A stretch of DNA of 64,000 bases from Armatimonadota bacterium. GTDB taxonomy: Bacteria; Armatimonadota; UBA5829; DTLH01. The DNA lies in NCBI GenBank assembly GCA_038207085.1, contig JBBRAE010000001.1:64001-128000 (forward strand). Reading direction: 5' to 3'. The notes beneath the pieces are model-generated. The model saw only the letters and a program-made list of their open reading frames with translations. It was not told the DNA's origin and did no database searches. Position numbers and translations under genes: made by a program. Below, piece by piece: positions 57,501 to 64,000 of the stretch. How positions within the stretch are numbered: position 1 is the stretch's first letter; every line of letters starts with the position of its first letter.

Positions 57501-59409
57501 TAGCGGCACGAATGCATCCGACTTCGCAATTACAACCCAACCAGCCTCTACGGTCAACGCAGGGGGCAGCACGACGTTCGTGGTTCAGTTTACCCCGTCT
57601 GGCCTGGGCATAAGAGCAGCGAGAGTCAACATCCCGAGCGAAGACGCGAACGAGAACCCGTTCGACTTCGCGGTTCAGGGCACAGGCACGATTCTCACCA
57701 CTACGTCGACTAAGATCAACTGCGGAGGCAGCGCAGTAAGCGCCTGGGCGGCCGATGCCGGATACAATGGCGGCGCGGTAATCTCGACGCCGGACACGGT
57801 GGACACTTCAACCGTCACGAACCCCGGCCCACAGGAGGTCTATCAGACCGCGAGAACCGGTGAATGCGCCTACTATGTCACGGGGCTGATTCCGGGTGGC
57901 GATTACAACGCTCGTCTTCACTTTGCCGAGCTGACCGCATCGGCCGTAGGCGACCGGCGGTTCAATGTGAAGGTGAATGGCACTCAAGTGCTTGGCAACT
58001 ATGATATATTCGCCGAGGTGGGCGCCGACAGCGCGATGATCAAGGAGTTCACGACCGCTACGGACTCCGCGGGTCAGATCGTGATCGAATTCAGCAAGGG
58101 AACGACGGGGACGGACCCCATCGTGAACGGCATTGAGATCACTGCGTCTCCCATCCAGCGCCCGCCGTCCGCAGGGCTCGTACTGTGGCTGAGAAGCGAC
58201 GCCGGGATCACTGCGACAGACGGTAAGGTATCGGACTGGGTCGATCAGTCGGGTGCGAACTTCACCGTGTCACAAACGAACCCATTCTATAGACCAGGCT
58301 ACGTGGAGAATGCGGTGAACGGAAGGCCCGTTGTCCGTTTCGCGGGCAGCAACATCGTTCTCTCGAGCACGTCCGGGGTTCTAACAGGCAACACCGCGTT
58401 TACGGCGTTCGCAGCATTCCGAGAGGACACACTTTCGGCCAACTATAACTATCAGTTCATCTGGTGGCTCGGACTCGACAACTCGAACGCAGGATACGGA
58501 CAATGGTTATCACTTGCCAGCAAGATCAGATGTGGCTGGGGCAACTGGAGCGCCTACCTATCCCCAACTGATGCCGTAACCGCCGACACGTGGTACCGGG
58601 TGGCTTCGAAGTTCAGTGGCGGGTCGACCGGTACCCAGGACCTATGGGTCAACGGCGCGTGGATCGCCAGGAACACCAAACCCGGGTCCAATCTGGGCTC
58701 AGGATTCGCTGTCGGCAACTATGCGTCATCAGCCTCGTACCAGGGATTCATTGGCGATATAGCTGAGATACTGATCTACTCACGAAGTCTCTCGGACACC
58801 GACATAGTCGCGGTAGACACATATCTAGCATCACACTGGACACCAGCGCCGCCGATCACCATCACCCGGCTCTCAGACATCCCGGCACTCTCAGATGGCA
58901 CAGTTGTATCGATCACTGAGGCAAAGACGGCTGTTGTGCCGTCCGGCACATTCACGGACGGCTGTATCTATATTGAGGATCCCGACCGTTCATCCGCCGT
59001 AAAGGTCAAGGGAGTGACCGCCGCCCTTTGGGATAGCCTCCTTCTGACCGGTACCGTGATGAGCGACGTTACAGGCGAAAAGTACCTGCAGGTTAAGACG
59101 GTCAATTCACGAGCCCAGGGAAGTGAAATCCTGGCGCTTGGGATGACAAACAAAACGATGTCCGCCACGGGCAGACTCGTCAGGGTTTGGGGGCGTGTTT
59201 CCGACAAGTCATTCGTCCAATTCACGCTCGACGATGGAAGTGGCGCTCCGGTTCTAGTGAAGTTGACAGACGTGAACCGACAGTTGGCCGATGCGGTCCA
59301 CGACGGCAGCTATGTCGCTGTAACGGGCGTCGCCACGGCGTCCTCCGGAGGTGGGGTCGCGCTTAGACCGAGAAACGATGCCGATATCACGGTGATTTTG
59401 GAGTTCTGA
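54505..59409 (+). CDS. Giant secreted multidomain carbohydrate-active protein (pectate-lyase-like beta-helix, choice-of-anchor D/Ig, malectin, LamG-like, C-terminal OB-like module)
   Basis: Signal peptide; NDATALQNAIN..GGTVQLANGSY; PEIDVQG..DGTDFG; INCGG..VYQTAR..RLHFAE..RRFNV; LVLWLRSD..GDIAEILIY; TTG start inferred. Confidence 0.8.
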   Translation: MKNRCLKAKWTRACESLVFVSVFIGLCLPVFAENPPANFPPPTEWQEMSGAPTAPGDSYSESFGSATPNANAPVISEWNLTAKPNETFTLTGTRFTSRSGALAGSDITVWIWAWNGTSGTLRQCKIWKTYGDYLIMACIPSDVPFGQYLVWVENQDGVSAPVCINKPQAEWIGPLGPYAAAGDTKRVFGKNLSTGHGTATSFVYIQPAAGGSFTPCNVTNVEPCAVAFTIPAGTANGSYKVFVHSGHGGRYGWSKPLDLTVQGNWVRGTGVYNLSPSGGNDATALQNAINTVSAWTNGGTVQLANGSYSCTSTVTMKNNVRLAGADKTLTTVIFSGCNLELSNGGANHLAIENMNIMPASGTSFSMLSRSVSGGSYNNDVLVRNVDFKCNTDAVSSVHTYFMVDRFESDNCTWQGALAGDGRDWYIHNNTLHGGRGDTDGCMALQQGGTTPHGRYVIEYNAASTPAWPNQGGNRNYKEYLTTAQWNQLIWCARLIYFQMGCDSYENSYISHNTTQDVAIDDNKGETILLHSSEAYKYAQVASNSGRTLTIRTDGKIDGNAGFTIDAAAYAPMTSVPNTIVWGVSGIDDRAYVQICYGTGIGQIRRIASHTATTITVDSDWRVPPAADSRIQINYIYRNHIQYQNTFNAMPVGFVNKGHCASYAVNYDGGCFGCVAEGNTSNRTFYGDALQGYTANPSYFNEMRNDANYAPLSTGSGICARTTYQWYAASGSVVGPEVIGCYIRGAIEKKGISSTSISDVLTSNSRHLIGCAIEGTAVTGGTSSGNLDDTLLRNNSFTINGTKVAMQSGSQLNLVGNTYSGTGTKYSGTVSFKDRPTPEYRVAHFTGISGATLSPVVIPIANLGIQNSVWSITGTSNTWITASVVSGGTIAPEAETGQLRVSVNTSGMSQGVYWGTVNLTTTNGVNFYVGVELDLTSGNGPEIDVQGGGVSISDGSASPNLSDGTDFGGSNLGNSVDRTFTIANPGNIGLNLTGTPRVTVSGTNASDFAITTQPASTVNAGGSTTFVVQFTPSGLGIRAARVNIPSEDANENPFDFAVQGTGTILTTTSTKINCGGSAVSAWAADAGYNGGAVISTPDTVDTSTVTNPGPQEVYQTARTGECAYYVTGLIPGGDYNARLHFAELTASAVGDRRFNVKVNGTQVLGNYDIFAEVGADSAMIKEFTTATDSAGQIVIEFSKGTTGTDPIVNGIEITASPIQRPPSAGLVLWLRSDAGITATDGKVSDWVDQSGANFTVSQTNPFYRPGYVENAVNGRPVVRFAGSNIVLSSTSGVLTGNTAFTAFAAFREDTLSANYNYQFIWWLGLDNSNAGYGQWLSLASKIRCGWGNWSAYLSPTDAVTADTWYRVASKFSGGSTGTQDLWVNGAWIARNTKPGSNLGSGFAVGNYASSASYQGFIGDIAEILIYSRSLSDTDIVAVDTYLASHWTPAPPITITRLSDIPALSDGTVVSITEAKTAVVPSGTFTDGCIYIEDPDRSSAVKVKGVTAALWDSLLLTGTVMSDVTGEKYLQVKTVNSRAQGSEILALGMTNKTMSATGRLVRVWGRVSDKSFVQFTLDDGSGAPVLVKLTDVNRQLADAVHDGSYVAVTGVATASSGGGVALRPRNDADITVILEF

Positions 59410-59484
59410 GGCGCATTGAGAACGGCCGACAATGGCCGGAAGGCGCGGTCGCCCAACCCATTCCGAAAGGACAGTCAAATAGTC

Positions 59485-62223
59485 GTGAGATGTAGGAACA
59501 CCATTCAATTCGAGCTATACTTATTGTTGAGCATAAGTATGGCGTTGATTTACTTCCCAGGATTGGCGTTATCGGCAGATACCGCTAAAAGGAACACAGA
59601 CCGAGCAATGATTATTGATTCTTCCGCCGCTACGACGGTTATCTATCCCGCCCCATCCGGCGCACCAATATCGAAGCAATACAGTGTTACGATCAACGGG
59701 GCGCAGTGCCCGGCGTACAAGTCGCTATGCGACCAGGTGAACTACACGAGCTTCGACGTGTCGGGGGGGCCGGTGGCTGTGACAGTCACGGCAACAGAGC
59801 CTGGCTACTGGTCCGATGGCGTTAACATTCGACCGCTCTCAAGAGGGGTTGTTCCCAAAGTCGAGGGGCAAAAGCTGACTTTCACCATTGACAAGCCATG
59901 CCAGCTCTCCGTCGAACGTCCATCAGTCTCGGGCAGTGACCAGGACGCGGAGGTGCTCTTTGTCTTCGCAAATCCACCTGAGAATGACGCTCCCAAAGCC
60001 GATGACCCTGATGTGATCTACTATGGGCCCGGCATGCACAGGGTTGAGGGCAATATTGCCCTGAGGAGCGGTCAAACTCTGTACATTGCCGGGGGTGCTA
60101 TCGTGGACGCCGGCGGTGTGCGGGCTAGGAACGCCAAGGATATCGCGATCCGAGGCAGGGGGACTCTCTGCTGCCGGGTGGAGAAAATTTGGGACAGCGG
60201 TATTCAGTTCGACAACTGCCGGTCGATCCTCCTTGAGGATGTGACCGTATTCACCTACGTGCCGGATGGGAACCAGTACGGCATCCAAAACCACTTGTCC
60301 AAGTGCAGTGATGTGACCGTCTGTAACTACAAGGCTATCGGCTCTAACGCCAACACCGACGGTTTCCAGTGTCATGGCTGTTCAAAGATGACCTTCACAG
60401 ATTCCTTCATCCGTGGAACCGATGATAATCTCGCCTTCTACGGCAACTCCTTCGATGAGCAACCGGGCGAGTCTCGCACGAGCGATATCAGCGTGAAGGG
60501 TTGCGTGTTCTGGCCTATGTGGCAGTCGGGAGTCTGTCGGATCGGATGGGGCGATTATCCGAATCCCACTAATGCGAGTAATATTGAAGTCCGCGACTGT
60601 GACGTCATTCACATGTGGCAAGGCGATATGCCTGAGCATGCACTGCTCGACATGCGGGAGTTTGCCGGCCGCGACAGCTCAATCTCGAACATTCTTTTTG
60701 AGGATATCCGGGTGGAAGAGTGCGACTCCCTCATAACAGTCTACACAGACGAGAGCAAGGGCTTCAAGCTTCGCAACCTGCTGATGCGCAACATTGATGT
60801 GAAGCAGCCTATATGGCGAACATCGTTCAGGGGCCGACCCGGCAAGACGTTCTTTGGCTGCAACGATTTCGAGAATGTGACCTTCGAGAACATCACCGTA
60901 GCCGGTAAACAGATACTTTCGCCAGAGCAGATGGGCATGAGCCTCTACGGGGTCGCCGCAACTCAACCTGAGAAGCTGAGGTTTCTCGACGCAAACGGAG
61001 AGAACCACTGCCCGACTGCGGTTATCACAACGGACGCAACTGCGGGCGCGGCTCCTCTGAAGGTGCGCTTCGACGCATCAAAGAGCAGCTCTCCTGACGG
61101 GAAGATCGCCTCTTACACCTGGGATTTTGGCGACGGGACGGCCGGGCATGGCGCGACAGTCAGTCACACCTACAAGAAGAATGGCCAATATGAGGTAATT
61201 CTCAGTGTCGTGAGCGACTCGGGTGTTCCTCGCACGACTCGGCTCAACCACGTGACCGTTGCTGACCGAGGGCTGACCGCTGAGTATTTCCTTACTCGAA
61301 ATCTGACCGATAGAGCAATCGTTACCGTTGACCGTGGTCTTGATCTCAACTGGGGCAAGATCCCACCACGCCTGGAGGTGGGTGAAACCGAGTATTCCGT
61401 GCGATGGAGCGGGCAGATCATTCCTCGCTACAGCGAATTGTATACGTTCACTCTTGACGCCGGAGATGGAGCCCGTCTGTGGGTCGATGGACGACTACTC
61501 GTCGATGGCTGGAACGCGGCTGGCAAGGGACAAGGCAAGATCGACCTCAAAGCAAATCGACATTATGATATCAAGCTCGAATATCGCGAGAATGGCGGGA
61601 CAGGCTATGTTCGAGTGAAGTGGGCGAGCGCGAGCCAGGCTGAAGTAGCCGTTCCGGCAAGGTGTCTCGTTCCGTGGACCTCGGATGGCCCAGCCGGGAA
61701 GTCTGCCAATTATGAGCTTGCCGAAGAACAAGAGTTCACCGCCAGAGGATTCCTGACAAAGCTCTACACAGCCGAAGGACCGCAATCCGCCAAGTCAGAG
61801 TCATGGACGAGAATGAAGCAGTCGGGTTACGAGTTTGTGCCCGCCCGCGATATCACAATAACTGCTCTTGGACGCGCGCTTGGAGGCGACTGGAAGTCCA
61901 GCCACGTCATTCGGATATGGAGAGTCTCAGACAAAACGGAAGTCGCAAGCGTCCCTGTGTGGATATCGTCGAAGATCGATGGTATCGGGGTGCGCTACGA
62001 GAAGCTGCCATCACCGGTAGTCTTGCAGAAAGGTGAGTCCTACCGGATCACATCAACCGAATACGCAGGAGTGGATGACACCTATATAGTGGGAGATCTA
62101 CAGTCCACAGACGCAGCCATGATAACGCACGCAATCCGTATGACAGGCTACGACGGCTTCCCGGATGTCATCGACCTGGATGGTGAGAAGGGCTCGGGTC
62201 CGCCAACGTTCTACTACCATTAA
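59485..62223 (+). CDS. Secreted pectin-lyase-fold glycoside hydrolase (GH28/GH49-like) with PKD and PA14 domains
   Basis: VIYYGPGMH, LRSGQTLYIAGGA, NTDG, DDN; YTWDFGDG (PKD); YSVRWSG..DGARLWVDG (PA14); start uncertain (59416-59539). Confidence 0.78.
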   Translation: MRCRNTIQFELYLLLSISMALIYFPGLALSADTAKRNTDRAMIIDSSAATTVIYPAPSGAPISKQYSVTINGAQCPAYKSLCDQVNYTSFDVSGGPVAVTVTATEPGYWSDGVNIRPLSRGVVPKVEGQKLTFTIDKPCQLSVERPSVSGSDQDAEVLFVFANPPENDAPKADDPDVIYYGPGMHRVEGNIALRSGQTLYIAGGAIVDAGGVRARNAKDIAIRGRGTLCCRVEKIWDSGIQFDNCRSILLEDVTVFTYVPDGNQYGIQNHLSKCSDVTVCNYKAIGSNANTDGFQCHGCSKMTFTDSFIRGTDDNLAFYGNSFDEQPGESRTSDISVKGCVFWPMWQSGVCRIGWGDYPNPTNASNIEVRDCDVIHMWQGDMPEHALLDMREFAGRDSSISNILFEDIRVEECDSLITVYTDESKGFKLRNLLMRNIDVKQPIWRTSFRGRPGKTFFGCNDFENVTFENITVAGKQILSPEQMGMSLYGVAATQPEKLRFLDANGENHCPTAVITTDATAGAAPLKVRFDASKSSSPDGKIASYTWDFGDGTAGHGATVSHTYKKNGQYEVILSVVSDSGVPRTTRLNHVTVADRGLTAEYFLTRNLTDRAIVTVDRGLDLNWGKIPPRLEVGETEYSVRWSGQIIPRYSELYTFTLDAGDGARLWVDGRLLVDGWNAAGKGQGKIDLKANRHYDIKLEYRENGGTGYVRVKWASASQAEVAVPARCLVPWTSDGPAGKSANYELAEEQEFTARGFLTKLYTAEGPQSAKSESWTRMKQSGYEFVPARDITITALGRALGGDWKSSHVIRIWRVSDKTEVASVPVWISSKIDGIGVRYEKLPSPVVLQKGESYRITSTEYAGVDDTYIVGDLQSTDAAMITHAIRMTGYDGFPDVIDLDGEKGSGPPTFYYH

Positions 62224-62232
62224 CCACCGGCT

Positions 62233-62352
62233 TTGGACGGCGAGAACGGGGCCATAGACAACATATTCACGGAGTGGCTTTGGAGGAGCGACAAATACGA
62301 GGATGTCTATCTCAAAGGTTACGACCAAAGCCGTCTCCGAATTGTCGTTTAA
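62233..62352 (+). mobile_element. IS3-family transposase (rve core) remnant
   Basis: Manual translation LDGENGAIDNIFTEWLWRSDKYEDVYLKGYD resembles the DG.G.A.DNIF.ERLWRS.KYE.VYLK.Y segment of IS3-family OrfB. Confidence 0.7.
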
Positions 62353-62389
62353 GAAGCAGCGATTGGTGCAGCTCGGAGGTATACAACCC

Positions 62390-62596
62390 ACCGAAGCCTA
62401 TATTGGTAGAGGGTCTTCTAAAGCAGGCACACGAGCTAAGGCAGAAGCTGCATTGCAGCGATGATGGGCAGAGAAGAATGGTGCTTCAGCAGTTCCTCAG
62501 AGGCATCGTTGTGCACCCCGACAAGAAGGAGATCCTCATAAAAGTCAAAAGCCCACTCCCACAGCTGGGAATGGACTCTGGACTTGGTCATTCGGT
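62390..62596 (+). pseudogene. C-terminal remnant of a putative large serine recombinase abutting the tRNA
   Basis: RRMVLQQFLRGIVVHPDKKEILIKV reads on into the antisense of the tRNA (GSPEGIRT), a layout typical of tRNA-integrating recombinase genes; no catalytic domain left. Confidence 0.45.
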
Positions 62597-62673
62597 TGGT
62601 AGCCCCGAAGGGATTCGAACCCTCGATCTCATGGCTGAGAACCACGCATCCTGGACCACTAGACGACGGGGCC
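62597..62673 (-). tRNA. tRNA-Glu (anticodon CTC)
   Basis: Minus strand GGCCCCGTCGTCTAGTGGTCCAGGATGCGTGGTTCTCAGCCATGAGATCGAGGGTTCGAATCCCTTCGGGGCTACCA folds as a 77-nt cloverleaf with CCA. Confidence 0.95.
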
Positions 62674-62701
62674 ATATTAGCGCTCCTGCGAGCGTGAAGA
62701 C

Positions 62702-62730
62702 AGTATATCACAGGCAGTAAGCCGTGTCAA
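62702..62730 (-). promoter_or_regulatory. Sigma70-type promoter of tRNA-Glu
   Basis: TTGACA-N17-TATACT. Confidence 0.7.
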
Positions 62731-62769
62731 CGCCTTCTCGTGCAAATTTATGCAGTGTTTGCTTGGCTG

Positions 62770-63438
62770 TTAACTCGGGCGTTTCAGGGAAACATGGTTG
62801 TGCGCCAGTCGAGTGGGTTCAGGAAGACGATAACGCGTCACACACGACTGGATCAACCGCACCGATGTATCAAAATTTATGCGGTGACCAGGAGATATGA
62901 ACAGTGGTTTGGTTGCCTGTTTCGTGCGCACGACCGTTCCAATCTGTTCCGTGCCAATATAGAGAGTGGATTGGTCACCGGCTAAAGGACCGAGCGGTTC
63001 ATAGGTTCCCACTAGCCTTGACTTGGCGCATCCGATGCTTGGCGTATCGGTAAGAACTCCAATATGTGAAGCGATGCCAAATCTCCTCGGATGGGCAATT
63101 CCCTGACCATCTATAATGAGTAGGTCAGGCTTCGTTCGCAGTCGGCCCAAGGCAGCAAGTATCACCGGAGCCTCCCGGAACGATAACAGACCAGGTATGT
63201 ATGGAAACTCGACCGGACTGTCGACCGTTACTTGCTCGATTACATCAAGACTTGGGAGTCTCAGTACCACAACGCCACCTCTGGCATTGCCCGGGCTTGG
63301 AAACCCGACGTCTATGCCGGCAACCAGTTCCACGGCACCGAACTCGTCCGCAACAATGACCCGTTTCCGCAGTTCGTTTTGGGTCTGAATGGCTTGTTCC
63401 CGTGTGACATTCCAGTTGTAGTTAAGACCATAACTCAT
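62770..63438 (-). CDS. nfi: Endonuclease V (deoxyinosine 3' endonuclease)
   Basis: AGIDVGF, FPYIPGLLSFRE, DGQGIAHPRRFGIASH, GCAKS, PLFISPGH, LPEPTRLAH. Confidence 0.95.
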   Translation of the reverse strand: MSYGLNYNWNVTREQAIQTQNELRKRVIVADEFGAVELVAGIDVGFPSPGNARGGVVVLRLPSLDVIEQVTVDSPVEFPYIPGLLSFREAPVILAALGRLRTKPDLLIIDGQGIAHPRRFGIASHIGVLTDTPSIGCAKSRLVGTYEPLGPLAGDQSTLYIGTEQIGTVVRTKQATKPLFISPGHRINFDTSVRLIQSCVTRYRLPEPTRLAHNHVSLKRPS

Positions 63439-63542
63439 AGTTCACTCGTGATACCCATTAGGGGATGGAGTGTAACAGTGTCCGCTGCGCTCCTTGGGAA
63501 ACAAATGCGTCTCTACGACAGTCTTATGTAGTGTGGCGAAGC

Positions 63543-63571
63543 TTGACACGAGGCTGGCTGACGAGTAGAAT
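63543..63571 (+). promoter_or_regulatory. Sigma70-type promoter
   Basis: TTGACA-N17-TAGAAT upstream of the last ORF. Confidence 0.6.
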
Positions 63572-63690
63572 CAGGGTAGTAATATCGCTATTGTTTCACG
63601 TCTTCACGAACACTTTGAATCGTGAAAGCGCGTCAAATCGGATGTCGAAGCTACCCAGCCCCGGGTATTGCGCTTCGTCAGGGAGGATAG

Positions 63691-64000
63691 TTGGTCAGAA
63701 TGCGAAAAATCACGGCTACGTTGCTCATGTCAGCGGTTCTAGTTGGATCTGCTGCGTTTGGCGAGGTTGATATCTTTGGAGGGGTTGATTCCAATATCAA
63801 GACAGGCGGGTGGGGCAGTGGGATGTGTGCTGCAATGAACGAACGCCCCCTGATCGGTAACAGCGTCATAAAAGTCAATACACAGGGACTGCATGAGGGT
63901 GGTCGCATCGATCTTGTTAACCCCGTTCAGATTGCATCTGATTCCCTGAACGACGAGTATATTCAATTCATGGTGCGTTTTACTACAGTTTCCCTGACAA
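63691..64000 (+). CDS. Secreted hypothetical protein (partial, runs off the window)
   Basis: GGAGG RBS, MRKITATLLMSAVLVGSAAFG signal peptide, open to the window end. Confidence 0.65.
   Translation, partial: MVRMRKITATLLMSAVLVGSAAFGEVDIFGGVDSNIKTGGWGSGMCAAMNERPLIGNSVIKVNTQGLHEGGRIDLVNPVQIASDSLNDEYIQFMVRFTTVSLT

Noticed and set aside
62274..62720. 148-aa ORF as an intact gene
   Set aside because: A chimera of out-of-frame IS3 remnant, recombinase-like tail and tRNA antisense sequence.
63578..63690. Hairpins in the leader of the last ORF as a riboswitch
   Set aside because: Only two modest stems and no recognisable aptamer consensus; insufficient evidence.

Overview
Bacterial chromosomal window. 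An Armatimonadota-like organism is inferred from the Firmicutes-style murB-ddl-ftsQ-DUF881-sbp-ftsA-ftsZ cluster, a prepilin-type remnant and the C-terminal module of the giant secreted protein; this is not a database result. 1-46 kb is mostly core genome: recG (partial), the division/cell-wall cluster, araB, tRNA-Gln(CTG) next to glnS, a GGDEF/HD-GYP protein, ppdK, an MNT-HEPN pair, gpx, LemA, alr, murJ, an M16 protease plus amidase, a TrxB-like reductase and DsbD. About 46.3-62.6 kb looks like a decaying genomic island. A 5'-truncated, frameshifted ugd lies on its left. IS3-like and recombinase-like remnants run into tRNA-Glu(CTC) on its right. It carries an orphan CheB-CheR-PAS-GAF-PP2C fusion, small hypothetical proteins and two giant secreted carbohydrate-active proteins. 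The most distinctive unannotated signal is a 73-bp twin-hairpin element flanked by CTAG/CTAA direct repeats, present as 3 full copies plus one solo end. Also notable: a dif/XerD-like arm cluster, structured leaders (glnS and a 90-aa membrane protein), a TrxB with degenerate NADPH motifs and several small pseudogenes. No CRISPR array or rRNA was seen. All protein calls come from motif recognition by eye, and several start codons were re-picked by hand.
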